Part shown: in pieces, positions 17,502 to 27,419 of the stretch
Layout: the number at the start of each line of letters is the position of its first letter
How positions within the stretch are numbered: position 1 is the first letter of the stretch
Assembly (NCBI GenBank): GCA_016840065.1
Contig: JAEOTB010000077.1
Span: 1 to 32,855, forward strand
Reading direction: 5' to 3'
DNA: 32,855 bases
Origin: Candidatus Hermodarchaeota archaeon
GTDB taxonomy: Archaea; Asgardarchaeota; Hermodarchaeia; Hermodarchaeales; Hermodarchaeaceae
Translations under genes and position numbers: made by a program
The notes under the pieces: model-generated
Seen by the model: only the letters and a program-made list of their open reading frames with translations
Databases searched by the model: none
What the model was told of the DNA's origin: nothing

Positions 17502-18962
17502 TCAACGGGCAAAAGTTTCTTCCGATTCTTGAGTAAGAAGAGACTTTGTTCTACTTCTTGTTGAGCCTCGAAAACTCCTTCGGCGTCCTTCTAGAAAGCT
17601 GCTAACGATGTTAAAGACAAAACTTTCTATAGACAGACCGAAGGCTTCATGTTGCCATCGAAACTGGGCGAAGGCACGAACTACTGCTAGGGGACCACGC
17701 AAAGTATGAATCATTTGACGCCCTACGAGGGCTGAAGTCAACGCAAGGGTTTCAAGTTGGCGTCTATCCCGCAAGTAACTGAGCCCACGATAACGGGAGA
17801 ACCCTGACCAGCCCGTCAACGATTGAGGCAAACGAGCACCTTCTTTTAGTGCCATCTCGAATAATGGTGTTCCCGGGTAGGGAGTGAAGATTTTTATGAC
17901 GAATTCAGCTTCCGGATTGATGCGATGCATACCCTTTATTGTGGCGATTGTCACTCGTCGGTCTTCTGGTGTTTCAGTGGGTATGCCTACCATCCATGAG
18001 TAGTCTGCTCTGACTCCTACGCTTTTAGTAATTTTAGAACTACGAACAAGTTGGTGAACTGTAATTTTCTTGTTAAGTAGCTGAAGCAACCTCGGTGAAC
18101 CTGATTCTGCACCGAAGAATAGGCATTTGCAACCCGCCCGTTTAACATCACGAGCGAGGCTACTTGTTAACTGATCTACACGGAGTTCAGCAGTCCAAGC
18201 TAATCCTTCCTTGTGGAAATAGGGAAGGAGTTTCCGGACACGCGCCTTATTTGTGAAAAATGCATCGTCAAAGAATAAGATGTCATCTGCACCTAACGCA
18301 ATCAAATGATCCAGTTCTCTTTGACACTGTTGGGCATTCCAGCCGCGCCAAGGCTGGCGAAGAATTGCATTATAACAGAAAGTGCATCGATATGGGCAAC
18401 CCCTGCTTGTAAGAGCGCTTGTGCGTCCTCGTGTGATATAGCGTCGTGGGTCAACCAACTCCCAGGGAACCGTTACCGTTGACATATCAGTGTGGGGTGC
18501 TAACCCTCCATTGTGGATTCTATTCTTCTGTTTGAAAACAAGTCCTTGAATTCGCTTCCATGCCATGTTTTGAACAAGTTGGGTGTACGCTCTTTCTCCA
18601 TCCCCCTGAATGACCAAATCAACATCGGGGTGATGCAGGGTTTGGAGGGGTAAAATTGTCGGGTGGATGCCACCCCACACTAATTTCGATTCAGGTACAT
18701 TTTGACGGAGGGCTTTGGTAACTTCAAGTGCATTCCGTATTTGTGGTCCAGTCATTACAGAGAGACCAATGTAGTCGGGAGTTGATTTAGCGGCAGCATG
18801 AACTACATCGTCGATTGTGTCATGGCGTAAATCGAATATCTCTACATCGACCCCGGCCTTTTGAAGAGCGTTTGCGATGAAAAGCACAGAGTAGGGGGGT
18901 GCAGGCCGCTGAAACTCTGAATATGCCAGGTCAGGATAAATGAGGATAGTATGCTTTGTCAT
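17502..18962 (-). CDS. B12-binding domain (class B-type) radical SAM protein
   Basis: N-terminal cobalamin-binding-type domain (PPYSVLFIA, VWGGIHPT, GDGE); SRGCPYRCTFC; GAESGS; FTPYPGT. Confidence 0.9.
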   Translation of the reverse strand: MTKHTILIYPDLAYSEFQRPAPPYSVLFIANALQKAGVDVEIFDLRHDTIDDVVHAAAKSTPDYIGLSVMTGPQIRNALEVTKALRQNVPESKLVWGGIHPTILPLQTLHHPDVDLVIQGDGERAYTQLVQNMAWKRIQGLVFKQKNRIHNGGLAPHTDMSTVTVPWELVDPRRYITRGRTSALTSRGCPYRCTFCYNAILRQPWRGWNAQQCQRELDHLIALGADDILFFDDAFFTNKARVRKLLPYFHKEGLAWTAELRVDQLTSSLARDVKRAGCKCLFFGAESGSPRLLQLLNKKITVHQLVRSSKITKSVGVRADYSWMVGIPTETPEDRRVTIATIKGMHRINPEAEFVIKIFTPYPGTPLFEMALKEGARLPQSLTGWSGFSRYRGLSYLRDRRQLETLALTSALVGRQMIHTLRGPLAVVRAFAQFRWQHEAFGLSIESFVFNIVSSFLEGRRRSFRGSTRSRTKSLLTQESEETFAR

Positions 18963-20065
18963 ACCGCATCCCTCTCTTTGCGATACTGGCGATAGCGATT
19001 CCGTTTACGCCAATAGGGAGGAAAAAGGCGTAGTCCACGTAGGAAAAGAGAACCCATTTTCCTTGTACCTATTAATCGGGATCGCTTTGCTATTTCAAGT
19101 AATTCTTCGCCTGCCGTGGTTCGTACAAAGAGAGCATTCGATAGGTATCTTGGGGGTAATTCAGGTGGTATTGTGCCACCAACTGAGAGGTCTGCAAGGT
19201 CTGAGGAATAATCAAAGCAATTCTCGTCGCATCGAAGCCGTTCCTTCTGGAGGTCCCGTAATAACATCAGAACTGAGAAGTCTACTTGTCCTGCAGTTGT
19301 GTGAACTCTGTAGGTCCGAATGCCTTTGAGTAAGGATGCACAGGCTGTGGTCACACGAGTTATCTTATCTAGTGGCACACCCTTCTCAGAAACATACTTC
19401 GCGAAACTCTCTGCTGTTAGCATTGCAGGGATTCCACAGAAAGTCCCAAGAATCACCCGGATCCGCTGTGTTAATTTCTGAAGTGATGGTTTGTCGGAAT
19501 ACTGCATCTTTCTCAGAGCGATAATATGACAAGGTAATCCGACGAAAAGCACTCGTTTTGCGTCACCGAGTTCCTTTAAAGCCCGTAAGTTTGGTGAAGG
19601 GAAGTACTTGCTCCCAAGACCTAATACTACGTCCTTGGGGTCCCGTATGATTTTTGGTCCTGGACGCCAGGGCTCGCCATCACCCCAAGAACAAATAATT
19701 GCTGCATCCACAAATCCTGAAGACAAGGCTGCATAAGTTAACGCGGAGGCAGTGCCGCCACCGTAGGCTTCTTTGCGAAGTATGGGATGTAGTGAGATTG
19801 CCTTGTAGACCCTTCGATATATACCGAATCCCTCGTCATCTTTTCGCAAGCGACCAAAAACCCGCTTTTCCAAAATGCTGTAGTCAGCAGTGATAGGACA
19901 AGCCTCTACACAAAGGCCCTCAGAGTAGCTAGAGCACCCGGTGCAGCCAATCACCTTAGCGTGATATTCTTTTAGAGTGACTGCCTTCACTGGACAGGCA
20001 ACAACACAAGCACCACAACGTCGACATTGGTCAGTGGGAATTAGCTTCTCAACGTTGTCCACCAA
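18959..20065 (-). CDS. FrhB/FdhB family (F420 hydrogenase beta-subunit-like) Fe-S flavoprotein with N-terminal ferredoxin
   Basis: CRRCGACVVACP and a second ferredoxin-like Cys group; GGTASAL, GSKY, VGLPCHI, GTFC and CFDYSSDLADLSVG. Overlaps the downstream radical SAM gene by 4 nt. Confidence 0.85.
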   Translation of the reverse strand: MVDNVEKLIPTDQCRRCGACVVACPVKAVTLKEYHAKVIGCTGCSSYSEGLCVEACPITADYSILEKRVFGRLRKDDEGFGIYRRVYKAISLHPILRKEAYGGGTASALTYAALSSGFVDAAIICSWGDGEPWRPGPKIIRDPKDVVLGLGSKYFPSPNLRALKELGDAKRVLFVGLPCHIIALRKMQYSDKPSLQKLTQRIRVILGTFCGIPAMLTAESFAKYVSEKGVPLDKITRVTTACASLLKGIRTYRVHTTAGQVDFSVLMLLRDLQKERLRCDENCFDYSSDLADLSVGGTIPPELPPRYLSNALFVRTTAGEELLEIAKRSRLIGTRKMGSLFLRGLRLFPPYWRKRNRYRQYRKERDAV

Positions 20066-20094
20066 TATCGTTCCCTTTCCAGAGTTCTACTAGG

Positions 20095-21606
20095 CTAATT
20101 TCGACCCGCTTTCTCTGCTTCTTTTTTCCTTGTACGCAGAGTTTGCATAATAAAGGACCCAAAAACACCAGTGGCTAGCCGCAATCCAACACGCATTAGC
20201 GGGAACCGTCCCTCTGCGACATATCCAAAAGCCTTGTTGAAAAATCGTAGATTGTGCTTCCAAGTAACCTCTAGAAGCTCCCAATGTGCGACTGTCATTT
20301 GCTCTCGAACACAGCGAGCCGATTGGGATAAAGCAGTATGTTTTACTGGCAAAAAGGAAAGGGGAAAGAAGAATGCTAGATGGTGAGTTAGGCTCTTGAT
20401 TAGGTTAATTGTTTCGCGGATGTCTTCTTCATCCTCACCAGGTAACCCCATGACCAAAGTGCAGCAGGGAAGCCAGCGGTTTTTATGCATGACATCAAGC
20501 GCCTCTTTTACTACTTCAGGCCACTCGCTGGGGTCACGTGGGTAGCATTTGTTTGGCATCAGTTCCTTAATGAGGCGGCCGCTTCCCGTTTCAAACCCAG
20601 GTTGGCACCCATAACCAGGCAGACCATGTTTTCGGATTAATTTAGTCAGTTTTGAGATGAAGTCGGGTTGGTGGGCGAAGGTAATCATGGATGCGTGGGT
20701 TAGAATCACGCGTTTTATGCCCAACTTGAAAAGCTCTTTGTAAAGTGTGAGGACTGCGTCCTCATCGCTCTCTAAGTTTGAGGAGCCGTAGCGGAGCGTA
20801 TCTTCAGACTGGATGGTCACTGACTTGATGCCCCGATCTAGATATGCTTGAGCATCTCCTAGAATTTTCTCAAGGGGAAAGCTGCGAAGTCTACCTGCCA
20901 CGCTAGGAGAGCAGAATTTACACCCCTTCCCGCAGCCACGAGTAATCTCTATGAGTGAGGTATTGGTGGGTCCAAGGATGCTAGGTACTTCCGTTTCCCG
21001 GGCTGGGAGACCTTGGATTACACGGTCTCCTGAGTAGGACCCTGATTCTAGCTCATTGAAAAGGTCAGGGATAACCCGTTCTCCCTCACCTACAAGGACA
21101 TGGTCTATCCCATAATAATCTTGGACATTGGGATCTTCAAGCTGCCAAGCGCCAGAACCTCCGAAGACGACTTTGAAGCCATGGCGCTCCTTCAAACGTC
21201 GAATACGGTGCATCAGGGCTGCAAACTTCAAGCGGTTTTGCGGCTGCCCACCCCAAAGTGCAACCCAGGATGTTGTGGCAGGCCCAATGCCCAATGGGTC
21301 CAATGCTGAAACTCCAACAATTTTAGTCTTTGAATCTATTACTCGGCTCACGTGATGGGGGTGTGCGATTCTGACATCACCTTCCCCATAACTGTCATTT
21401 CGAAGAATAGCTTCAACAGCTCTAAGAGAAAGAATAGGATAATCTGTGGTACCATCAGCGTTTGCAGGCACTGACCTACAAATCACATGTTTGAAGAGGA
21501 AATCCTGCACAATACGTCTAGGAAAAGTTGACAAGAATCCTGAGTATAGAGCGCCGATGAATTGATGCATTGCTGATGAATCTGCAGTTAGCACAGCACG
21601 CGGCAT
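20095..21606 (-). CDS. Radical SAM protein, GDGT ring synthase (Grs)/Gms-like family
   Basis: N-terminal VLTAD..M, DPLGIGP, GGSGAWQ, GEGE, EITRGCGKGCKFC, SEDTLRYG, THAS, GFETGS and GLPGE. This motif order matches my recollection of GrsA-like proteins. Confidence 0.8.
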   Translation of the reverse strand: MPRAVLTADSSAMHQFIGALYSGFLSTFPRRIVQDFLFKHVICRSVPANADGTTDYPILSLRAVEAILRNDSYGEGDVRIAHPHHVSRVIDSKTKIVGVSALDPLGIGPATTSWVALWGGQPQNRLKFAALMHRIRRLKERHGFKVVFGGSGAWQLEDPNVQDYYGIDHVLVGEGERVIPDLFNELESGSYSGDRVIQGLPARETEVPSILGPTNTSLIEITRGCGKGCKFCSPSVAGRLRSFPLEKILGDAQAYLDRGIKSVTIQSEDTLRYGSSNLESDEDAVLTLYKELFKLGIKRVILTHASMITFAHQPDFISKLTKLIRKHGLPGYGCQPGFETGSGRLIKELMPNKCYPRDPSEWPEVVKEALDVMHKNRWLPCCTLVMGLPGEDEEDIRETINLIKSLTHHLAFFFPLSFLPVKHTALSQSARCVREQMTVAHWELLEVTWKHNLRFFNKAFGYVAEGRFPLMRVGLRLATGVFGSFIMQTLRTRKKEAEKAGRN

Positions 21607-21695
21607 TTCAACATCCTCTGATTATCTTCTGCCTCTTTAATCTTCTACTTCTCTGATGTGAACTTGATTGGTTGGATGAGGAAAAAGAGGAGGAA

Positions 21696-21716
21696 TGGCG
21701 GCATACAATACCGCCA
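21696..21716 (-). terminator. Intergenic hairpin followed by a pyrimidine tract on the minus strand
   Basis: TGGCGG-catacaata-CCGCCA; on the minus strand it is followed by TTCCTCCTCTTTTTCC. Confidence 0.35.
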
Positions 21717-21745
21717 AGGATGTTTCGTGAGTAGCAGCTCATGGA

Positions 21746-22654
21746 TTAACGTCGGGTACTAGTTCGTTTGGAAAGGTGTTTCTTTGCGTGGGAGACAATC
21801 TGTATTACTGAGATGTGACAGATTATCATTAGTAGGAAGTTGAAGTAGCGAATCGCCTCCATCGTCAGCTGGTGGACGAAGAAGGGGAAGATAGCAAGTG
21901 GAACGAAAATTTCGACGTCGAAGACAATGGCTAGGTAGCTGAGAATCTGCATCCCTGCGGCTGTGGAGTAGAGGAGAATTCGATAGGGACGCTCACCTCT
22001 GGTTACCTTTACTTGGTGCAGTCCATCGGCTTGGTGTCGAGCTCTTGCATAGTCTACCATCACAAATCCAAAGAATGTTAGAAGACCCCAGAAGATGTCG
22101 ACGAAGCCTGCGAGTATGAGTGCGCCTACTACTGCTGCATCGGCGTATTTGTCAAGAACCTGGTCGAAGACACTGCCCCACTGTGATTGGTTTCTTGTAA
22201 GGCGAGCTACTGCTCCATCCAGTTGATCGAGAAGCCCTGAAAGGAGGAAGAGAGCGAACGCGAAGAACAACAGCAGCGTTGCTGTTAGTATTTGTGGTTT
22301 GAAGGTGTCATAACCTACCGCGGGCAGAAATCCCATCGGAGGAAAGAACATCTCCGGCCAAGTAAAGACTGGCTGCACTAGTAAAGCTGGTGTCACCGGT
22401 GCTAATGCCCATCCTGCCAGCAGAATGAGAGCTGCTGCAAGAAAGGAGGTGAAAATAGCGAGGTATGATACCTGATTCGGTGATAGGCCCATTCTTGCCA
22501 GGGCACGGGCGCCCTTGTAGGCAAAACCGAGCCATTTGAAGAGGAAAGGCTCCTTTCCTGCCTGGTCAACGGCTTCTTGAGCACCGTGTTCCTTGATCCA
22601 CGCCCCCAAGAATTCCTTGTAACTCAACCATTTTTCTTTTTCAGATTTTGGCAT
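21746..22654 (-). CDS. CDP-alcohol phosphatidyltransferase family protein
   Basis: Signature DQLDGAVAR...GSVFDQVLDKYAD (DxxDGxxAR...GxxxDxxxD); SPNQVS; multiple TM helices. Confidence 0.92.
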   Translation of the reverse strand: MPKSEKEKWLSYKEFLGAWIKEHGAQEAVDQAGKEPFLFKWLGFAYKGARALARMGLSPNQVSYLAIFTSFLAAALILLAGWALAPVTPALLVQPVFTWPEMFFPPMGFLPAVGYDTFKPQILTATLLLFFAFALFLLSGLLDQLDGAVARLTRNQSQWGSVFDQVLDKYADAAVVGALILAGFVDIFWGLLTFFGFVMVDYARARHQADGLHQVKVTRGERPYRILLYSTAAGMQILSYLAIVFDVEIFVPLAIFPFFVHQLTMEAIRYFNFLLMIICHISVIQIVSHAKKHLSKRTSTRR

Positions 22655-22660
22655 TAAAAT

Positions 22661-24088
22661 TCACTCCTTCTCGGTTTTCTCCCAAGTCTCAGGAACTTCA
22701 GGCGGTCGCATAGCTGTTCGAAACATAAACCAATACAGCTTGAAGAAACTGTAAAATGACATGATAAGTCCTGTTCGTTTTGCGTATCGCCGCGCTGACA
22801 CCATTAGGAGCAGCGTACAAAATATTGCGGGCACGATGAATATTAGACCAAATAGCCACCCATTAGTAGCCCAAGGGAGTCCAAATGATGGTCCGAGGTA
22901 GGCTAGCAGGAAGAGGGAGAGTCCGATGATTGTGCCGAAGAATGGATAGAAGGCGACAAAGTTAGCCATGACCAGAAACTCTAGCATTCCGAAGATGGCT
23001 TTTCGCTTGTTCTTTGTTACCTCCATTCGTCGTGAATTCTCTATATTCCAGCCAGCTGTCCAACGTGCACGCTGTTTTGCGAGCACATCCATTGATGTTG
23101 GTACATCCTCCCACGCTCTAGCGCGGGGGACAAATGCGAATCGACCCTCCATTTCAAGCAACTGGAAGGACACACGGATATCCTCCGTGAGGGCTTTGCC
23201 ATCATATCCACCCAGCTTGTCTAAAAGTTTCTTGCGTACGCAGTAATTTTTACCTAGCAAGAAAAATGGTCGACCGCGCTTTGTCTGCAATTCTTGGTAA
23301 AGACCCCCTCCGTCATGCCAAGCGTTTGCCAAAGCTTGTGCGCGAGTCAATTTATTGACACCCGCATTTTCCACCTGATTACTCCCCTGCGTTGCTAGAA
23401 CACCTTCCAGCTGCATTGGTCTAACCAGGTGGCTGAGCGCGTCTGGTTCCAGCCGCGTTTCAGCATCACATATCAGAATTACCTCATGTTTCGCCTGAGA
23501 TAAACCCAAACGGAGTGCCGAGGGTTTACCTTTCAGTGGTAGAGCTTTTGTTAGTACTTTGATAGGTCCGCGTTTGCCTTTCTCTTTGGCGATTTTTGCA
23601 GTGTTATCTGTTGAGCCACTGGCAATGACCAAGATTTCTAGCTTGTCCATAGGATAGTTTTGGCTGAGGAGCGCGTCTAGGGTGCCGCCGATGTATCGTT
23701 CTTCATTTAGGGCGGGTAATAAGATGCTAACAGAGGGTTCGTAGGGAGGGAGCGGTTTACCGATTCCCATTGATGAGAGGAAGAGGTAACCGAAATAGAA
23801 AGAATGCCAGAAGAATACGATAAACATTAGAGTTAGCAGAAGGAATGTCAAGAAGAAAACTGGGTTAAGAAGGGCGTTTAGCAGTGCGCCAGAGAAGATT
23901 GAATCTATGAGTAGCTGAGGGTTGATTGGCCAGAAACCAAGAGGGTTGTAGAAGTTAGAGTAAAGAAATGATATCTGTGGTTCAACGAAGGAGTACATTC
24001 CGAAGATGACGATGAGATACCAGAGAATAGCAGCGATGATGAGGCTTTGAGTTAATTTCCGTACTAATCGCATTAGATTGTCACTCAA
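22661..24088 (-). CDS. Membrane-bound GT2 glycosyltransferase
   Basis: Motifs SILLPALNEE, GKPSAL, ICDAE, LTED and KQRARW (QxxRW); TM helices at both ends. Confidence 0.9.
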   Translation of the reverse strand: MSDNLMRLVRKLTQSLIIAAILWYLIVIFGMYSFVEPQISFLYSNFYNPLGFWPINPQLLIDSIFSGALLNALLNPVFFLTFLLLTLMFIVFFWHSFYFGYLFLSSMGIGKPLPPYEPSVSILLPALNEERYIGGTLDALLSQNYPMDKLEILVIASGSTDNTAKIAKEKGKRGPIKVLTKALPLKGKPSALRLGLSQAKHEVILICDAETRLEPDALSHLVRPMQLEGVLATQGSNQVENAGVNKLTRAQALANAWHDGGGLYQELQTKRGRPFFLLGKNYCVRKKLLDKLGGYDGKALTEDIRVSFQLLEMEGRFAFVPRARAWEDVPTSMDVLAKQRARWTAGWNIENSRRMEVTKNKRKAIFGMLEFLVMANFVAFYPFFGTIIGLSLFLLAYLGPSFGLPWATNGWLFGLIFIVPAIFCTLLLMVSARRYAKRTGLIMSFYSFFKLYWFMFRTAMRPPEVPETWEKTEKE

Positions 24089-24146
24089 ATTTCAATGATG
24101 GATTGTACTCCCCACTATTAGTACAGGAATGATAAAAGTCTATTAG

Positions 24147-24893
24147 CTAACCCTCGGGAACTATCTCCTTTTGCTCAAGGTACCGCTGTATCTGTTTTAA
24201 CCGCGTTGCTGAGCGTTCTATAGAGAGGTGCCGGGCTGCAGTTAACACCGCGGGGCTTAGGAGGAACCTGATGCGACCCCAGCCCTGTTTGCGTATTAGA
24301 CGGAGGAGCTCATAGCTAAAAGCAGCATCTATCCCCAAGTTCCTAGGCACTGAAGGCAACCCTCCAACAGCGAAGAAGGCTTCACGACGAACACACATAT
24401 TACAACCGGGCAATTCAGGGTAGTTAAACAAATCCCTGAGCAAGTACCACGTTGCCATCATCAGAGATAGCGGTTCATAGCTGGTTAGCGTGAAGGTCCG
24501 TGAGCCTAACCTCCATTGTCGCACTCGCCTTCCGAAATATTTGTATCTAGCGCCGCACGCGAGGACCTTGGGGTGGCGGTCAAAAAACCGACAGATCCTG
24601 GTTAGGTAATTTCTTGGCAGTAATGTGTCTGCGTCAACAAGGCAGAAAATTTCACCTTTCGCCTTTTGTGCTGCATAATTAATTTGTGCTACTTTTCCCT
24701 TCCTAGTGGAGGTCAATACTTGTATACCTAGAGCCTCCGCGATGGTGCGGGTCTTGTCTGTACTCCCACCATCAACAACAATAACCTCATAGGGAAACCT
24801 AACATGCTGCTGCTTGGCTTTCTTTAAAACATCGCCGATTATTGTCTCCTCATTGAATGTTGGAATGAGGATGGACATCCGCATACTAGTCAC
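24147..24893 (-). CDS. GT2 glycosyltransferase
   Basis: Motifs ILIPTFNEE, VVDGGSTD, LVDAD (DxD) and PGCNMCVRREAF. Confidence 0.9.
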   Translation of the reverse strand: MTSMRMSILIPTFNEETIIGDVLKKAKQQHVRFPYEVIVVDGGSTDKTRTIAEALGIQVLTSTRKGKVAQINYAAQKAKGEIFCLVDADTLLPRNYLTRICRFFDRHPKVLACGARYKYFGRRVRQWRLGSRTFTLTSYEPLSLMMATWYLLRDLFNYPELPGCNMCVRREAFFAVGGLPSVPRNLGIDAAFSYELLRLIRKQGWGRIRFLLSPAVLTAARHLSIERSATRLKQIQRYLEQKEIVPEG

Positions 24894-24964
24894 CCTTTGA
24901 GAAGATTGCTTATCTGAGAAATGGAATACCTACTCCACTTAACATCTTAGTATAGGCAGGTTCT

Positions 24965-25708
24965 TCACGTAAAATCTCGAAGTGGGGCAAACGAGAATCG
25001 TCGCCTTCGAAGGAACCTGAGCAACTTCCTTAATCTATTCACGAAGGGAACACCAGTGTTTACCCATCGATCAGGCCGCATCAGAAGACCCTCAGCTTGA
25101 ATTCCAGCAGCCCTGAGGGGATGAACCATTGATACCGCTTCACTGGGGTGAAAAAAAAGGGTGAGCGGAGGATTACCTCGTGGAAAGAAGGTCTTGTACA
25201 ATCGTAAACCACCAGGAAACCTAAGAAAAACGTTTGGTATCGAAAGGGGGAACTCTACGATACTGGTTTGTCCTAGTTGGAGTCGCCGATGACGCGGCAG
25301 CCACATAGCTTGAGATGAATCATAACGATATCCCGCTGCTACAAGGGAAGGAAATAACGCCGAGGAGATACGAAGACGTGGTGCACGGAACCCTTCAACA
25401 GTTTGTCCAGTAACCTCCTCCAAGAGACGTTTTACCCTACGAAGTTCTGACGCGTGATCTGGTGATTGACCATCTAGAGTGGAATGGGTCAATCCATGGC
25501 TAGCCACCTCATGACGTGAGGAAAGGGTTTGGATAACTTTAGGAAAGGCATGAGCTAGACTACCTACGACAAAGAAAGTAGCTTGGATTTTCATTTCGTC
25601 AAGTATCTTCAGTATTCGAGGTAAACCCTTCTTGATGCCTAGATACGAGTCAGCGATACCAGGGCAGTCAGACTCCACATCAAAGGTAATAGCAGCTCTG
25701 ACCGTCAA
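24965..25708 (-). CDS. Polysaccharide deacetylase (CE4/NodB-type)
   Basis: Motifs ITFDVE, ATFFV, HEVASHGLTH, GFRAP, YDSS and FFHP. Confidence 0.9.
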   Translation of the reverse strand: MTVRAAITFDVESDCPGIADSYLGIKKGLPRILKILDEMKIQATFFVVGSLAHAFPKVIQTLSSRHEVASHGLTHSTLDGQSPDHASELRRVKRLLEEVTGQTVEGFRAPRLRISSALFPSLVAAGYRYDSSQAMWLPRHRRLQLGQTSIVEFPLSIPNVFLRFPGGLRLYKTFFPRGNPPLTLFFHPSEAVSMVHPLRAAGIQAEGLLMRPDRWVNTGVPFVNRLRKLLRFLRRRRFSFAPLRDFT

Positions 25709-25826
25709 TTCTCAAACACCACGAATACAAGCACCATATACTATCGCCGTTTAAGATATTTATGAAAGTGGAGGCTGAAGGACGGGAAGGATTATTACTA
25801 AAGAGTGGATAGAGAGACAGACCACA
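25709..25826. promoter_or_regulatory. Divergent promoter region between the two arms of the cluster
   Basis: 118-nt gap between divergent genes containing the AT-rich TTTAAGATATTTATGAAA. Confidence 0.4.
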
Positions 25827-27419
25827 ATGGCGTCATCGAGAGGATTCGAAGTTGTCCTAACTGCAAGTCGCGCAGTTATGAGCGACTACAGAGGAAACCA
25901 GGGCATGGGACTGAGCTCAGCGTTTCCAAGCCATCCGCTCTTTACCCCTTTCATTCAGCCAATCTTCACACTGAAGAGTGATGACGAGGGTCGAATGAAC
26001 CAAACCCACCTCGGACTTGGTAAAATCGAGGCTGCGTTGCTCTCAGATGGTTTTGCTAGGGAGCAAGTAGTTGTTGCCGATCCCACCAAACTTAACAAAG
26101 CTATAGGTCCTAAAACGAAGGTTGTTGGTATTACATGCCTTGATCCCTTAGGCCTAGGATACGGGGTCAAGGTTGTAAGCTTTCTCATGAAGAAACTTGG
26201 ACTTCCCTATTCCCAGTCTTATATTGCACACCACTTTCAGAGACTAATCAGAGATAAAACGCTTCAAAGATATCGAGAGAAAGGAGATTTGAGAGTAATT
26301 GTTGGAGGACCTGGTGTCTGGCAAATCGCTGACACAGGTATGCAGGAGAGCTTGGGAATCGACTGTCTTGTCGAATGGGAAGGGGAGTCGATAGCATCGC
26401 AACTCTTTCTAAGTGCAATAGCAGGTGAGCCTTTACCAAAGAGTGTAAGAGGTGAAGCACTCCCACCGAGAAAGGTTCCAACTCTACGGACCCCCAGCCG
26501 CTGTGGCATCGTCGAGATTACTCGGGGGTGCGGTCGCGGCTGCCGCTTCTGTTACCCAACTCAAATTCCCTTCCGTTCCTTCCCTATTGATGTCATTCTC
26601 AAGGAAATAAGGTTAAATCGGCGTGGAGGCGTTCCTCAGGTTTCGTTGCACAGTGACGATGCGATGCGGTATGGCTCGGAATCGTTGAAACCTAACCCAA
26701 ATAAAATGCTACGATTACTCCAAGCTGTGAAAGGAGAGATTCAAGGTCGTCGTTTTGGCTTTGACTTCTTTTCGGTAGCCTCAATCATGCAGGATCCAAA
26801 GCTTCTAAGCACCATTGCTGAATATATGGAGTTGGGAGGGCGCCACTACAGCACAGTTGAGGTCGGTATTGAGACTGGAAGTCCTAGGTTATTGAAGCGC
26901 CATATGTCTGGTAAGGTGAAGCCGTTTAGGGTAAAGGAGTGGCCCGACCTTGTAAGCGCAGCAGCCCAGAAACTCCATGATCATCAATGGATAGTTTGTT
27001 ACTCTATCATACTTGGACTGCCTGATGAAACACCCGATGATGTTCAGAGAACCAACGAGTTAGTAGACGATATCAAGAGCACCAATTCTGTGATAATCCC
27101 AATCATATTCATGCCTGCAGGGGGATTCCGCCGCCGCCAGAACTTCGGAATCGAAAATATGAGCCCAGAACATTGGGACCTCTACCTCAATTGTATGGAA
27201 CTCGTCCTAAAGAATGCTAAACTATTCGTGACTCACAGCTTCTCTCCATTCATGCAGCGAATAGTTGGAGACGCCATGCATGTAGCCCTCGGATATGTCC
27301 GTAAGAAGATTCGTAAATGGCGTTGGACAATCCGACGCCAAGAAGTGCCCTCACCGACAGAAAAAACAAGACCAATAACACATGCACCAACCTTTGAAGA
27401 GAGGGAGGTTGTTCATTGA
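25827..27419 (+). CDS. Radical SAM protein, Grs/Gms-like family (paralog 2)
   Basis: Motifs VVLTASRAVMSDY, GKIEAALL, DPLGLG, VGGPGVWQ, EITRGCGRGCRFC, HSDDAMRYG, GIETGS and GLPDET. Confidence 0.8.
   Translation: MASSRGFEVVLTASRAVMSDYRGNQGMGLSSAFPSHPLFTPFIQPIFTLKSDDEGRMNQTHLGLGKIEAALLSDGFAREQVVVADPTKLNKAIGPKTKVVGITCLDPLGLGYGVKVVSFLMKKLGLPYSQSYIAHHFQRLIRDKTLQRYREKGDLRVIVGGPGVWQIADTGMQESLGIDCLVEWEGESIASQLFLSAIAGEPLPKSVRGEALPPRKVPTLRTPSRCGIVEITRGCGRGCRFCYPTQIPFRSFPIDVILKEIRLNRRGGVPQVSLHSDDAMRYGSESLKPNPNKMLRLLQAVKGEIQGRRFGFDFFSVASIMQDPKLLSTIAEYMELGGRHYSTVEVGIETGSPRLLKRHMSGKVKPFRVKEWPDLVSAAAQKLHDHQWIVCYSIILGLPDETPDDVQRTNELVDDIKSTNSVIIPIIFMPAGGFRRRQNFGIENMSPEHWDLYLNCMELVLKNAKLFVTHSFSPFMQRIVGDAMHVALGYVRKKIRKWRWTIRRQEVPSPTEKTRPITHAPTFEEREVVH

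Noticed and set aside
17502-20065. Chlorophyll-pathway genes (BchE plus BciB) or an F420-reducing hydrogenase operon
   Set aside because: No chelatase or other bch genes and no hydrogenase large or small subunits in the window; the context is lipid and glycosyl enzymes.
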